In this document: one piece after another, positions 17,778 to 26,163 of the stretch
Layout of the letters: the number at the start of each line of letters is the position of its first letter
Numbering within the stretch: the first letter of the stretch is position 1
Origin: Mycobacteriales bacterium
GTDB taxonomy: Bacteria > Actinomycetota > Actinomycetes > JAFAQI01
Reading direction: 5' to 3'
Assembly: GCA_036268405.1 (NCBI GenBank)
Contig: DATAUF010000121.1
Span: 9,086-73,085, forward strand
Length of the DNA stretch: 64,000 nt
Notes under the pieces: generated by a model
What the model saw: only the letters and a program-made list of their open reading frames with translations
The model's database searches: none
What the model was told of the DNA's origin: nothing
Made by a program: the position numbers and the translations under genes

Positions 17778-19258
17778 CGCGGCCCGACCACGATGTCGTC
17801 ATCGTCGGCGCCGGCTTCGGCGGCATGGGCGCCGCGATCGAGCTCAAGAAACAGGGCTACGACGACATCGTGATCCTCGAGCGCGAGGACGATCTCGGCG
17901 GCACCTGGCACGTCAACCGCTACCCGGGCCTCGCCGTCGACATCCCTTCGGTGACCTACTCCTACTCCTTCGAGCCCAACCCGTTCTGGTCGCGGCTGTT
18001 CGCGCCCGGTGCGGAGCTCAAGCGCTATGCCGTCCACGTCGCGGACAAGTACGACCTGCACCGGCACATGCGGTTCGGTGCATCCGTCGATGGCGCGCGC
18101 TGGGACGAAGAGGACTCGATGTGGGTGATCAACCTCGCGGGTGGCGAGACGATCACCGCGCGCTTCGTGGTCACGGCGACCGGATTCCTGTCCCAGCCGT
18201 TCCGTCCTGAGATTCCGGGGATCGACTCCTTCGCGGGCACGGTCGTGCACACCGCGGCTTGGGACGACACGGCAGAGCTGGCGGGCAAGCGCATTGCCGT
18301 GATCGGCACCGGTGCCACCGCCGTGCAGCTCATCCCGGAGCTGGCGAAGATTGCTGGCGACCTCACGGTCTTCCAGCGCACGGCGATCTGGGTGACAGCC
18401 AAGACCGACATGCCGATCCCTGCGTCGGTGCAGCGCATGTTCTCGCGCCTTCCCGTGACGCAGCGAGCGGCGCGTGCGGTCAGCAACTCGTTGCTCGAGC
18501 TGCTGATGGTTGCCGGCGTCCTGAAGTACCGGCGGCTCAAGCGGCTCAACCACCGCGCGCGGAGTCTCGCGATCCGCAACCTCTACAAGCACATCAAGGA
18601 TCCCGAGCTGCGCGAGAAGCTCACGCCGGACTACGACTTCGGCTGCAAGCGGCCGACCTTCTCCAACGACTTCTACCCGGCGTTCAACAAGCCCAACGTG
18701 CATCTCGAGACGACCTCGATCGAAAGGTTCGAGCCGGACGGCGTCGTCACCGTCGACGGTCGCAAGACCGAGATCGACGTGCTCGTCCTCGCCACCGGCT
18801 ACAACATCTGGGACGTCAACTTCCCCGCATTCGAGCTGATCGGTCGTGAGGGTCGCAACCTCGGCAAGTGGTGGCGCGACAACCGGTTCTGCGCCTACGA
18901 GGGCGTCTCGGTTCCGTCGTTCCCCAATCTCCTGGTCCTCGCGAGTCCGTACTCCTACAGCGGGCTGTCCTACTTCACGACCATCGAGTACCAGATGACC
19001 CACATCAAGCGGCTGTTCGGTGAGCTGAAGCGGCGCAACGCCGCCACGTTCGAGGTGAGCGAGGCCGCGAATGATCGGTTCCTTGAGCGGATGACGGGCC
19101 TGCTCGGCGACTCGGTCTTCTACAACGGCAGCTGCTCGACCGCGCGCAGCTACTACTTCAATCACGAGGGCGTAGCGGCGATCCTGCGGCCGACCTCGAC
19201 GATCAACACCCGCCGCGAGGCAAAGACATTCCCGCTAGCGGACTACCAGTTCGCCTGA
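17774..19258 (+). CDS. Flavin-dependent monooxygenase, Baeyer-Villiger (type I BVMO/EthA-like)
   Basis: VVIVGAGFGGMG (FAD GxGxxG), DDLGGTW, FAGTVVHTAAWDD (FxGxxxHxxxW fingerprint), IAVIGTGATAVQ (NADP site). GTGA overlap with the upstream stop. Confidence 0.8.
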   Translation: MTRPDHDVVIVGAGFGGMGAAIELKKQGYDDIVILEREDDLGGTWHVNRYPGLAVDIPSVTYSYSFEPNPFWSRLFAPGAELKRYAVHVADKYDLHRHMRFGASVDGARWDEEDSMWVINLAGGETITARFVVTATGFLSQPFRPEIPGIDSFAGTVVHTAAWDDTAELAGKRIAVIGTGATAVQLIPELAKIAGDLTVFQRTAIWVTAKTDMPIPASVQRMFSRLPVTQRAARAVSNSLLELLMVAGVLKYRRLKRLNHRARSLAIRNLYKHIKDPELREKLTPDYDFGCKRPTFSNDFYPAFNKPNVHLETTSIERFEPDGVVTVDGRKTEIDVLVLATGYNIWDVNFPAFELIGREGRNLGKWWRDNRFCAYEGVSVPSFPNLLVLASPYSYSGLSYFTTIEYQMTHIKRLFGELKRRNAATFEVSEAANDRFLERMTGLLGDSVFYNGSCSTARSYYFNHEGVAAILRPTSTINTRREAKTFPLADYQFA

Positions 19259-19309
19259 CGCGCCGCTGGCGCCGTCACCGACCAGAAACCGGCGCTCTAG
19301 TTCGGTTTG

Positions 19310-19347
19310 TGCAGACCTATCAGTAGCGCGCTACTGCCACGTCTGCA
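19310..19347. terminator. Nested inverted repeat / probable bidirectional terminator
   Basis: TGCAGAC-ctat-CAGTAGCGCGCTACTG-ccac-GTCTGCA. A perfect 16-bp palindrome is flanked by perfect 7-bp arms, between convergent genes ending at 19258 and 19365. Confidence 0.45.
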
Positions 19348-19364
19348 CGAACCGAGAAGTGGCG

Positions 19365-19988
19365 CTATCGGGCTCGCCGTAAAGCCCCAATGCCGGGGCC
19401 GGACAGGTCGTCGAGCGCGTTCGGCCGCCCGGCCATCATCATGACGAGCGCCTCTGCGGGTCCCGACACCTCGGGGCCGTCGCCGAGCGACCACTTGATG
19501 TCGGTAGCAGTGAGCCTTACGTCACTGATTCGTCTCCTCGCACGAAAGATGAAACTCGTCGCGGTGAAGTCGGCCACGATCGCGAGGTCGGATTCGGGTA
19601 AGGCACGCTCGATGCCCAAGGGCCGACAGATGTCCTGGCCATGAATCAACACGTGCGCCAGCGCCCGGATCTGCTCACTCGCCCTTGCTTTACGTGGCCG
19701 CTCCGCAGCGGTGCGGAATGCCGCCAGCACAGCCGTCGGGTCCTGCTCGCCACGTGTTCGCCCGTCGATTGCCACCCAGCGGTTGTAGTCGAAACCATGC
19801 CGCAGCAGACCACCGATAATCGCGCTAGCCCCGAAGGCACCCTCGGCTCCGGCGGTCGTATGCGCGAGCACGTCTCTGACACGCCATTCTTCACACAATG
19901 AGGCCGTGTCCCACTGCGCCTCGCTGAGCCCGTCGAGGTGATTGGCCAGACTCAACATCGCCTCACGCACCGGGTCCGTCGACCGCAT
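19365..19988 (-). CDS. DinB-fold, mycothiol-dependent maleylpyruvate isomerase family protein
   Basis: LSLANHLDGLSEAQWDTASLCEEWRVRDVLAHT resembles the TIGR03083 N-terminal domain. Confidence 0.65.
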   Translation of the reverse strand: MRSTDPVREAMLSLANHLDGLSEAQWDTASLCEEWRVRDVLAHTTAGAEGAFGASAIIGGLLRHGFDYNRWVAIDGRTRGEQDPTAVLAAFRTAAERPRKARASEQIRALAHVLIHGQDICRPLGIERALPESDLAIVADFTATSFIFRARRRISDVRLTATDIKWSLGDGPEVSGPAEALVMMMAGRPNALDDLSGPGIGALRRAR

Positions 19989-20016
19989 CTCGAGTCCTCG
20001 TTCTCCCTAGACGCGG

Positions 20017-20769
20017 TTAGCCCTTGAGCAGGCCGCCGATGATTCCGCCGACCGCGCCACCTGTGCCGCCTGCGGCGGCCTCCTGCTCGGGCAGGTACGG
20101 CGCGAGGTCCGCAGCGAGGCCGGCGAGCGTCAGCGACTGAAGCCAGATCTTGCCGGGGCCGGTCAGCTGGGCGAGGAAGAACTCGCCACCGAAGATCTTG
20201 TTCTTGATGCCCTTGATCGTCGTGATCTTCAGCTGGATGCCGCCGGTGTACATGCCGAGGTGCCCGGGGTGCACGAAGAGCACCTGTCCGGGCTGCAGGT
20301 CGTAGGTGATGACCTCGCCCTGCAGCTGGACCCAGGCCTCAGCCTGTCCCGACAGCTTCTGCAGCAGGAAACCTTCGCCGCCGAACACGCCCATGCCGAG
20401 GGTCTGCTGGAAGCCGGTCGACAGCTCGATGCCCGGCGTCGCGGCGAGGAAGCCGTGGGAGTGGACCAGGTACTCACTCGCCGGGCTGATGCTGACCGGC
20501 AGGATCGTGCCGGGCACGTTCGACGAGAAGGCGACGACGCCACCTGCCGGGCCGGCCTGGAAGTTGCTCGCGAAGATTGTGGCGCCGCCCGCGGCGCGCT
20601 TCACGGCTCCCCAGACGCCCTTGCCGCCTCCGGTGAAGGCGCTGGACGTCGTCATCGTCACGTCGCCGGACATCCACGACATCCGGCCGGACTCGCCGAC
20701 TATCGACTCGTTGGGACCGAGCACCTGCTCGAGGACCGCCAGGGTGGTCCCACGGATGTTCGTTTGCAC
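20017..20769 (-). CDS. AIM24 / TIGR00266 (DUF124) family protein
   Basis: GESGRMSWMSGDVTMTT...GGEGFLLQKLSGQAEAWVQLQGEVITYDLQPGQVLFVHPGHLGMY...FFLAQLTGPGKIWLQSL. Confidence 0.7.
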   Translation of the reverse strand: MQTNIRGTTLAVLEQVLGPNESIVGESGRMSWMSGDVTMTTSSAFTGGGKGVWGAVKRAAGGATIFASNFQAGPAGGVVAFSSNVPGTILPVSISPASEYLVHSHGFLAATPGIELSTGFQQTLGMGVFGGEGFLLQKLSGQAEAWVQLQGEVITYDLQPGQVLFVHPGHLGMYTGGIQLKITTIKGIKNKIFGGEFFLAQLTGPGKIWLQSLTLAGLAADLAPYLPEQEAAAGGTGGAVGGIIGGLLKG

Positions 20770-20847
20770 GGCAACCCCCCGATACGTCTTGCGCCCTCAC
20801 CCCTGAGGGTGTGATGACACTACGGCCTCGGCGGCGGGGAGTCACTC

Positions 20848-23800
20848 TCAGCCGGCGACGCCGAGGTAGGACTCGACCACTCGCTCGTTCTCGAGTACCG
20901 ATGTCGGAGCGCCCTCGGCGATCACCTGTCCGAGCTCGAGTGCGACGAGCCGGTCGCACAGCGAGGTCAGCAGCGGCATGTCGTGGTCGATGACGAGCAT
21001 GGTCGCGCCGGTCTCGTCGCGGACTCGCCGCAGCAGCGGGCCGAGCGCCTCGGTCTCCTTCTGCGCGACCCCCGCGGTCGGTTCGTCGAGGAGTACGACG
21101 GCGGGGCGTTGGGCGAGAACGCACGCAAGCTCGACGATCCGCCGGGTGCCGGTCGACAGCTCGCCGATCAACGTCTCGGCGTACCTCGTCAGGCCGAGCT
21201 GGCCGAGGAGCTCGGAAACCCGCGCCGACACGGCCGCCTCGGACAGCGTCGATGCGGGCAGTCGTAACGCCGCGGCGATGAGATCGCGGGAGTCCAGGTG
21301 ACGCTCCAGCGCGACCGCCACCGTCTCGGCGACGGTCAGCGCGGGATAGAGCCGCGCTTCCTGGAACGAGCGACCGAGCCCGATCACCGCGCGGTCGGTG
21401 GCGTCGAACCCGGTCACGTCGGAGCCACCGAGCACGACTCGGCCCGCGTCGGCGGGCAGGAAGCCACAGATCACATCGAACAACGTGGTCTTGCCTGCGC
21501 CGTTGTGTCCGATCAATCCGACGATCTCGCCCTTGTGCACGGTCATCCGGATGTCGTTGAGCACTCTGACGCCGCCGAAGGACTTTCCGACGTCGAAGCA
21601 CTCGAGCACCGCAGGGCGCGCGACGATCTCGGCGAGCTCCTTCGCGGTTGCCTTCGCCGTCTTCTTCCGCGGCTTGCGGCCATTGGCAGAAGTGACGATC
21701 TCCGGGCTTGCGCCGCCGATGAACACCGAGCGCAGCACGTCGGAGCGTTCCAGCAGCGCCGCGGTCTGGCCGGAGAAGCGGACGGTTCCCCGCTCGAGGA
21801 AGACGGCGCGCTGCGCGACCTCGAGCGCCACTGTCACCGACTGCTCGACGAGGACGATGGTGACGCCGTCGGCGGCCAGCTCGCGTACGACGTCGAGCAA
21901 CCTCGAGACGACGGATGGTGCCAGCCCTAGAGAGAGCTCGTCGATGAGCATCATCCGTGGCTTCGACTGCAGCGCCATGGCGATGGACAGCATCTGCTGC
22001 TGTCCGCCCGACATCGTGCCGGCGAGCTGCCGCTCGCGGTCGGCCAGCTGCCCGAACAGCTCGAAGGCACGTGCTCGCCCGGCGGTGATCCTCTCGCCGT
22101 CCCGGCGGATCAGCCAGGCAGCAACCCGTAGGTTCTCGGCAACCGTCAACGACGGGAAGATTGCCTTGGCGGGTACGAGGGACAGCCCTCTGGCGGCGCG
22201 CTGTTCGGTGCTCAGGCCAGTGATGTCCTCGCCGTCGAACCACACCCGTCCCGGACTGGCGGACACCAGGCCTGCGACCGCCTTGAGCATCGTCGACTTG
22301 CCGGCGCCGTTCGTGCCGAGCAGCGCGACGATCTCGCGATTCTCCACATCGAGGTCCACACCGAAGAGGACCTGCATCGTGCCGTAGCTGACCTCGACGC
22401 CATCGCACCGCAGGAACGCCTTTGCGTCGCCGACCGCCGGCGCGCTGGAAGCGGCTGGGCCGGCGGTCGCGGCGATTGCTCCGTCTGCCGTCGCGGTGAG
22501 GTCGATGCCGCGTCGCCGCGCGACGATCGCGAGCAGCCGGTCCCGGACGGCGAACACAACGGATGCGAGGCCGTTGGGGAGGACCAGCAGGATGACCAGC
22601 AGGCCGGTGCCGGTGATCAGCAGCTGGTACTGCGGGTAGAGGTGCACTGCCGTTTCGACTAGCCCGACGCCGAGTAGTGCACCGGTGATCGAGTCGACGC
22701 CGCCGATGATGAGCATCGAGAAGACGAGGAAGCTCTCGAAGGGCTCGTACGTGCCGAAGCCGATGCCCTCCTGGATCGTCGCGTGCAGGCCACCGGCGAT
22801 GCCGGCGATCGCGCCGGACACGATGAAGCTGACCAGCGTTATCCGGGTCGTCGGCACAGCCATAGCCGCCGCGGCGCGGGGGTTGTCGCGGGTCGCCAGG
22901 ATGACGCGGCCGGCGCGGGCACGGCGCATCCCCAACACGATGGAGATCGCGGCGAGCAGCACGCCGAGGCACAGGAAGTAGAGGTCCCGTTCGGATGTGA
23001 GGTCGAAGCGTTTCCAGAGAACGGGGCGGGTGATGGTGCCCGGGATCAGCGAGTTGAAGTTTGTCGGGTTGAAGAAATAGCCGTTGGCAGCGACCGCCAG
23101 CGCCATCGTGGTCACGGCGAGAAACAGGCCGGGGATCCGCAGTGCGGGCAGGCCGATGAGCAGGGCGAGCAATGCCCCGCTCGCGGCGGCCGCGACGAGG
23201 CAGACAAAGAGGTCCAGGTTCCAGTGGTTCATCAGGTCGCCGACCATCACACCGCCCAGCCCGACGAAGGCGTACTGGCCGAGGCTGACCTGGCCCGCCC
23301 ATCCGACGAGGACGACGAGCGACACCGCCACGATCGCGTAGATCGCGGCGATGCTGAACAGCCGGACCGTGCTGGGGCTGCACGCGAGCGGCACCAGGAC
23401 GGCTACCGCGAGCAGCGCGGCGCGGCCGCCGATCCGGACCGCTACGACCTCCGGTAGCCGGCGCAGCTGGGCCGGGATCTGGCGGGTGGTTCCGGACGCC
23501 GACAGCGAGGTTTCCTCAGCGCCGTCCCGCCGGCCGATCGGCCCCCGCTTCAGCGTCAAGGCCAGCAGGATCACGATGAGGAACGCGACGTCCGTCAGGG
23601 ACTGCTGGGTGAAGTTCCACTGCACCAGGGAGTTGAGGACACCGAGCCCGACGCCTGCGAAGACGGCGATCGGCAACGACTCCATGCCGGCGAGGATTGC
23701 CGCAGCGAGGGCGGGTAGAAGTAGCTCCGGCCCGGCTGCCGCATCGATCGTCAGACCTTGCGACGGGGCCGGGAGGATCACCGCGATCGTCGCGAGCAGC

Positions 23801-24504
23801 CCGGCGACCGTCCACACGATTGTCGCCAGTCGGCGTACTGGCACGCCGAGCAGAAGCGCTCGGTCGCGGTTGTCGGCGATCGCACGTACGGCGACACCGG
23901 CGTCCGTGCGTAGCAGGTACCACGCGAGCGCGACGATCGAGATCGGCACCGCGATCACGACAATCAAGTCGTTGCCGGTGAACAGCACGGGCCCGATGTT
24001 CACGCCGTGGTGGGACAGGCGGGTGCTGAAGCCTCCGACGATCGGCGGTCCGCCGAGCCAGCGGGGGAGCAGTAGCTGGATGCCGCCGAGAATCTGGGCC
24101 AGCCCGATCGTGGCCACGGTCGCGATCAGCCGGCTCGACTTCGTGAAGCGACGCATCACGAGCAGCTCGGTGAGCGCTCCGATCAGGCCGCCCGCGACCA
24201 GCCCGGCGGCGACTGCCGCGGGCCAGCTCCAGTGCTGTCCGAGGTAGAGCATCACCCCGACCGTGCCGCCGACACCGCCCATCGACCCGTACGCGAAGTT
24301 CACGATCCGGTCGGAGCGGTAGGTCAGGACCAGGCCCAGCGCGAGGAGGCCGGTGACCGAGCCGAACAGTGCGCCCTGGAGCACCACTCCGGTTGGCGTC
24401 GAGTTCGGTGAGATCACGTGGCACAGGACGACGGCGACGACCACGGCTGCGCCCGTGCTGAGCGCCCGGTGCCGGTTGATGACTGTCGGGACGGCTGTTG
24501 CCAC
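20848..24504 (-). CDS. Fully fused branched-chain-amino-acid-type ABC importer: LivH-like permease + LivM-like permease + LivF-like ATPase + LivG-like ATPase in one 1218-aa protein
   Basis: Residues ~40-330: LTYRSDRIVNFAYGSMGG (LivH-like). ~380-690: WAGQVSLGQYAFVGLGG (LivM-like). NBD1: GTNGAGKST...SGGQQQML...LIDELSLGLAP. NBD2: GHNGAGKTT...LSTGTRR...LLDEPTAGV. One uninterrupted frame. Confidence 0.85.
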   Translation of the reverse strand: MATAVPTVINRHRALSTGAAVVVAVVLCHVISPNSTPTGVVLQGALFGSVTGLLALGLVLTYRSDRIVNFAYGSMGGVGGTVGVMLYLGQHWSWPAAVAAGLVAGGLIGALTELLVMRRFTKSSRLIATVATIGLAQILGGIQLLLPRWLGGPPIVGGFSTRLSHHGVNIGPVLFTGNDLIVVIAVPISIVALAWYLLRTDAGVAVRAIADNRDRALLLGVPVRRLATIVWTVAGLLATIAVILPAPSQGLTIDAAAGPELLLPALAAAILAGMESLPIAVFAGVGLGVLNSLVQWNFTQQSLTDVAFLIVILLALTLKRGPIGRRDGAEETSLSASGTTRQIPAQLRRLPEVVAVRIGGRAALLAVAVLVPLACSPSTVRLFSIAAIYAIVAVSLVVLVGWAGQVSLGQYAFVGLGGVMVGDLMNHWNLDLFVCLVAAAASGALLALLIGLPALRIPGLFLAVTTMALAVAANGYFFNPTNFNSLIPGTITRPVLWKRFDLTSERDLYFLCLGVLLAAISIVLGMRRARAGRVILATRDNPRAAAAMAVPTTRITLVSFIVSGAIAGIAGGLHATIQEGIGFGTYEPFESFLVFSMLIIGGVDSITGALLGVGLVETAVHLYPQYQLLITGTGLLVILLVLPNGLASVVFAVRDRLLAIVARRRGIDLTATADGAIAATAGPAASSAPAVGDAKAFLRCDGVEVSYGTMQVLFGVDLDVENREIVALLGTNGAGKSTMLKAVAGLVSASPGRVWFDGEDITGLSTEQRAARGLSLVPAKAIFPSLTVAENLRVAAWLIRRDGERITAGRARAFELFGQLADRERQLAGTMSGGQQQMLSIAMALQSKPRMMLIDELSLGLAPSVVSRLLDVVRELAADGVTIVLVEQSVTVALEVAQRAVFLERGTVRFSGQTAALLERSDVLRSVFIGGASPEIVTSANGRKPRKKTAKATAKELAEIVARPAVLECFDVGKSFGGVRVLNDIRMTVHKGEIVGLIGHNGAGKTTLFDVICGFLPADAGRVVLGGSDVTGFDATDRAVIGLGRSFQEARLYPALTVAETVAVALERHLDSRDLIAAALRLPASTLSEAAVSARVSELLGQLGLTRYAETLIGELSTGTRRIVELACVLAQRPAVVLLDEPTAGVAQKETEALGPLLRRVRDETGATMLVIDHDMPLLTSLCDRLVALELGQVIAEGAPTSVLENERVVESYLGVAG

Positions 24505-24510
24505 CCGCGC

Positions 24511-26163
24511 CTACTTGCCCTTGTACGGACGTCGCGGCGGCGGGTTGCCGCTCGGCCACGCCTGGAGCGTGTAGCGCTTGCTCGCGATGACGTACGCGCC
24601 CTTCTTGTTGTTGTACGTCGAGACCGCGTCGGGGTTCCAGTAGATCTCGGCGCCGTCGAGTGTCGGAGTGAAGTGGTTGACCGGGAAGCCCCAGGTGCCG
24701 AACTCACCGGACCCACCGGCGTACGAACGCATGCCGCGTTCGAAGTTCGCAGGCGTGAGATCAGGCCCGGCCTGCTGGATGCCCAGCGCCATCATGTACA
24801 TCTGCGCATAGATCAGGTCCACGAGGTGAGCCGGTTCGTCGCTGCGCACCGCCTTGTACGCCGAGTATCCGAGCGTCGCCTGGTAGGGCAGGGTCGGGCC
24901 CTGGTAGGTCACTCCGATGGCATGTGACCACTCCTGCTGGTCGAACAGCTGCCCGACGATGTCCTGGTCGGTGAGCGCGACGCCCACCACCTGCCACTCG
25001 GGGAAGTAGTTCTGCTCGGCGGCGCGCTGCGTGAGGTAAACGGGGATGATCGGGTCGCAACCGCAGACGACCGTGGTGATGTGGTTGGCCTTCAGCTTCG
25101 CGATGATTCCCGCAGCCTGGTTTGCCAGGGTCGCGAGGTTGAGCTGGTAGGGGATGTTCAGCGGCGCCGGGTCGCCCGCAGCCTTGTAGATGTTCTGGCC
25201 GTTGTGAACGCACTCCTGGTACCAGGGGTTGTCCGGCGCGATCGTCGCGAACTTGCGCGTGGTGTTGACGAACTCCGAGCCGGCAAAGATTGCCTTCTTG
25301 CGAGCGAGCTGCCGCGTCGCGATCTCGGCCGCGGCGTCGCTGACACCGGTGCAGTCGGTCGCGATGCTCCACGCGTACGGCGCGCGCTGCTCCAGCCACT
25401 GTTGCGACATGTACGGGACGCCGAAGTTCACCACCTTGTCGCGCGACAGCGAGTCGCTGTACGGCTCGGTCGTGGCGCTCATGTCGGCGAAGGCCTTGAT
25501 GCTCGTCGCGACCTTCAGCGCGTCGTCGCTCGCCTCCTGCTGACCGCCGCCCAGCAGCTCGTTGGTCTGTGAGCCCTGTCCCTTGTAGAAGTCGAACTTG
25601 ATCTTGCGGCCGTAGAACTGGAAGTGCGTGTTGAAGTAGTCGGCCAGGCCTTCGATGGTGCGCTGGATGTCGGCGTTGGTGTCGGAGAACTGCGCGCCGC
25701 CGATTTGCGCGAGCGTCTGCTGGAAGCCCGGGTCTGACGTGACTCGGTAGGAGACGGTGATCGTCGATCGGGTGACGCCGCGACTGGTCGACCCGCCGTT
25801 GTTGCCGCTGAACGCCACGCATGCTGGTGAGTACGGGTCACCCTTGACCTGGGCACCCTGGCAGCCCTTCGGTGCCGCGATAGGTCCCGCGGGTCCGGTG
25901 GTTGCGCCACCCGTTCCCGGCACGCCACCGGTCTTGGCCGGCGCCGTGTCGCTCGGAATCGGCCCGCCGCCCGCTGAGGTCGCCGGACCTGTGCCGGTGC
26001 CGGGCACACCGGTGTCGCTCTGCGTCGTCACGGTCACCCGCTGTGGGGCGTCTGTCGGGACGAACGCCGCCATCAGCACGAATGCGACGAGCAGACAGGC
26101 GAGCGGGCCGTATCCGCGCAGCAACGGCCGCACGGGCGACGGGGAAGGGGAAAGGTTGCTCAT
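24511..26163 (-). CDS. ABC transporter substrate-binding protein (type I PBP, Leu/Ile/Val-binding-like) with N-terminal TM anchor and Pro/Gly/Thr linker
   Basis: N-terminal TM LACLLVAFVLMAAFV, a low-complexity linker, then a ~430-aa PBP-like body. It ends 6 nt upstream of the fused transporter. ATGA overlap with the upstream gene. Confidence 0.7.
   Translation of the reverse strand: MSNLSPSPSPVRPLLRGYGPLACLLVAFVLMAAFVPTDAPQRVTVTTQSDTGVPGTGTGPATSAGGGPIPSDTAPAKTGGVPGTGGATTGPAGPIAAPKGCQGAQVKGDPYSPACVAFSGNNGGSTSRGVTRSTITVSYRVTSDPGFQQTLAQIGGAQFSDTNADIQRTIEGLADYFNTHFQFYGRKIKFDFYKGQGSQTNELLGGGQQEASDDALKVATSIKAFADMSATTEPYSDSLSRDKVVNFGVPYMSQQWLEQRAPYAWSIATDCTGVSDAAAEIATRQLARKKAIFAGSEFVNTTRKFATIAPDNPWYQECVHNGQNIYKAAGDPAPLNIPYQLNLATLANQAAGIIAKLKANHITTVVCGCDPIIPVYLTQRAAEQNYFPEWQVVGVALTDQDIVGQLFDQQEWSHAIGVTYQGPTLPYQATLGYSAYKAVRSDEPAHLVDLIYAQMYMMALGIQQAGPDLTPANFERGMRSYAGGSGEFGTWGFPVNHFTPTLDGAEIYWNPDAVSTYNNKKGAYVIASKRYTLQAWPSGNPPPRRPYKGK

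Noticed and set aside
20770-20847. Small hairpin CCCTCA-cccc-TGAGGG between the fused ABC gene and the AIM24 gene
   Set aside because: It has only a 6-bp stem. That is too weak to call a terminator or attenuator with any confidence.
20474-23383. 969-aa ORF on the minus strand overlapping the fused ABC transporter gene in another frame
   Set aside because: It is an extremely Arg/Pro/Gly/Asp-rich, low-complexity translation with no motifs. The overlapping frame (20848-24504) has unmistakable permease and Walker motifs. This is a typical shadow ORF of ~70% GC DNA.
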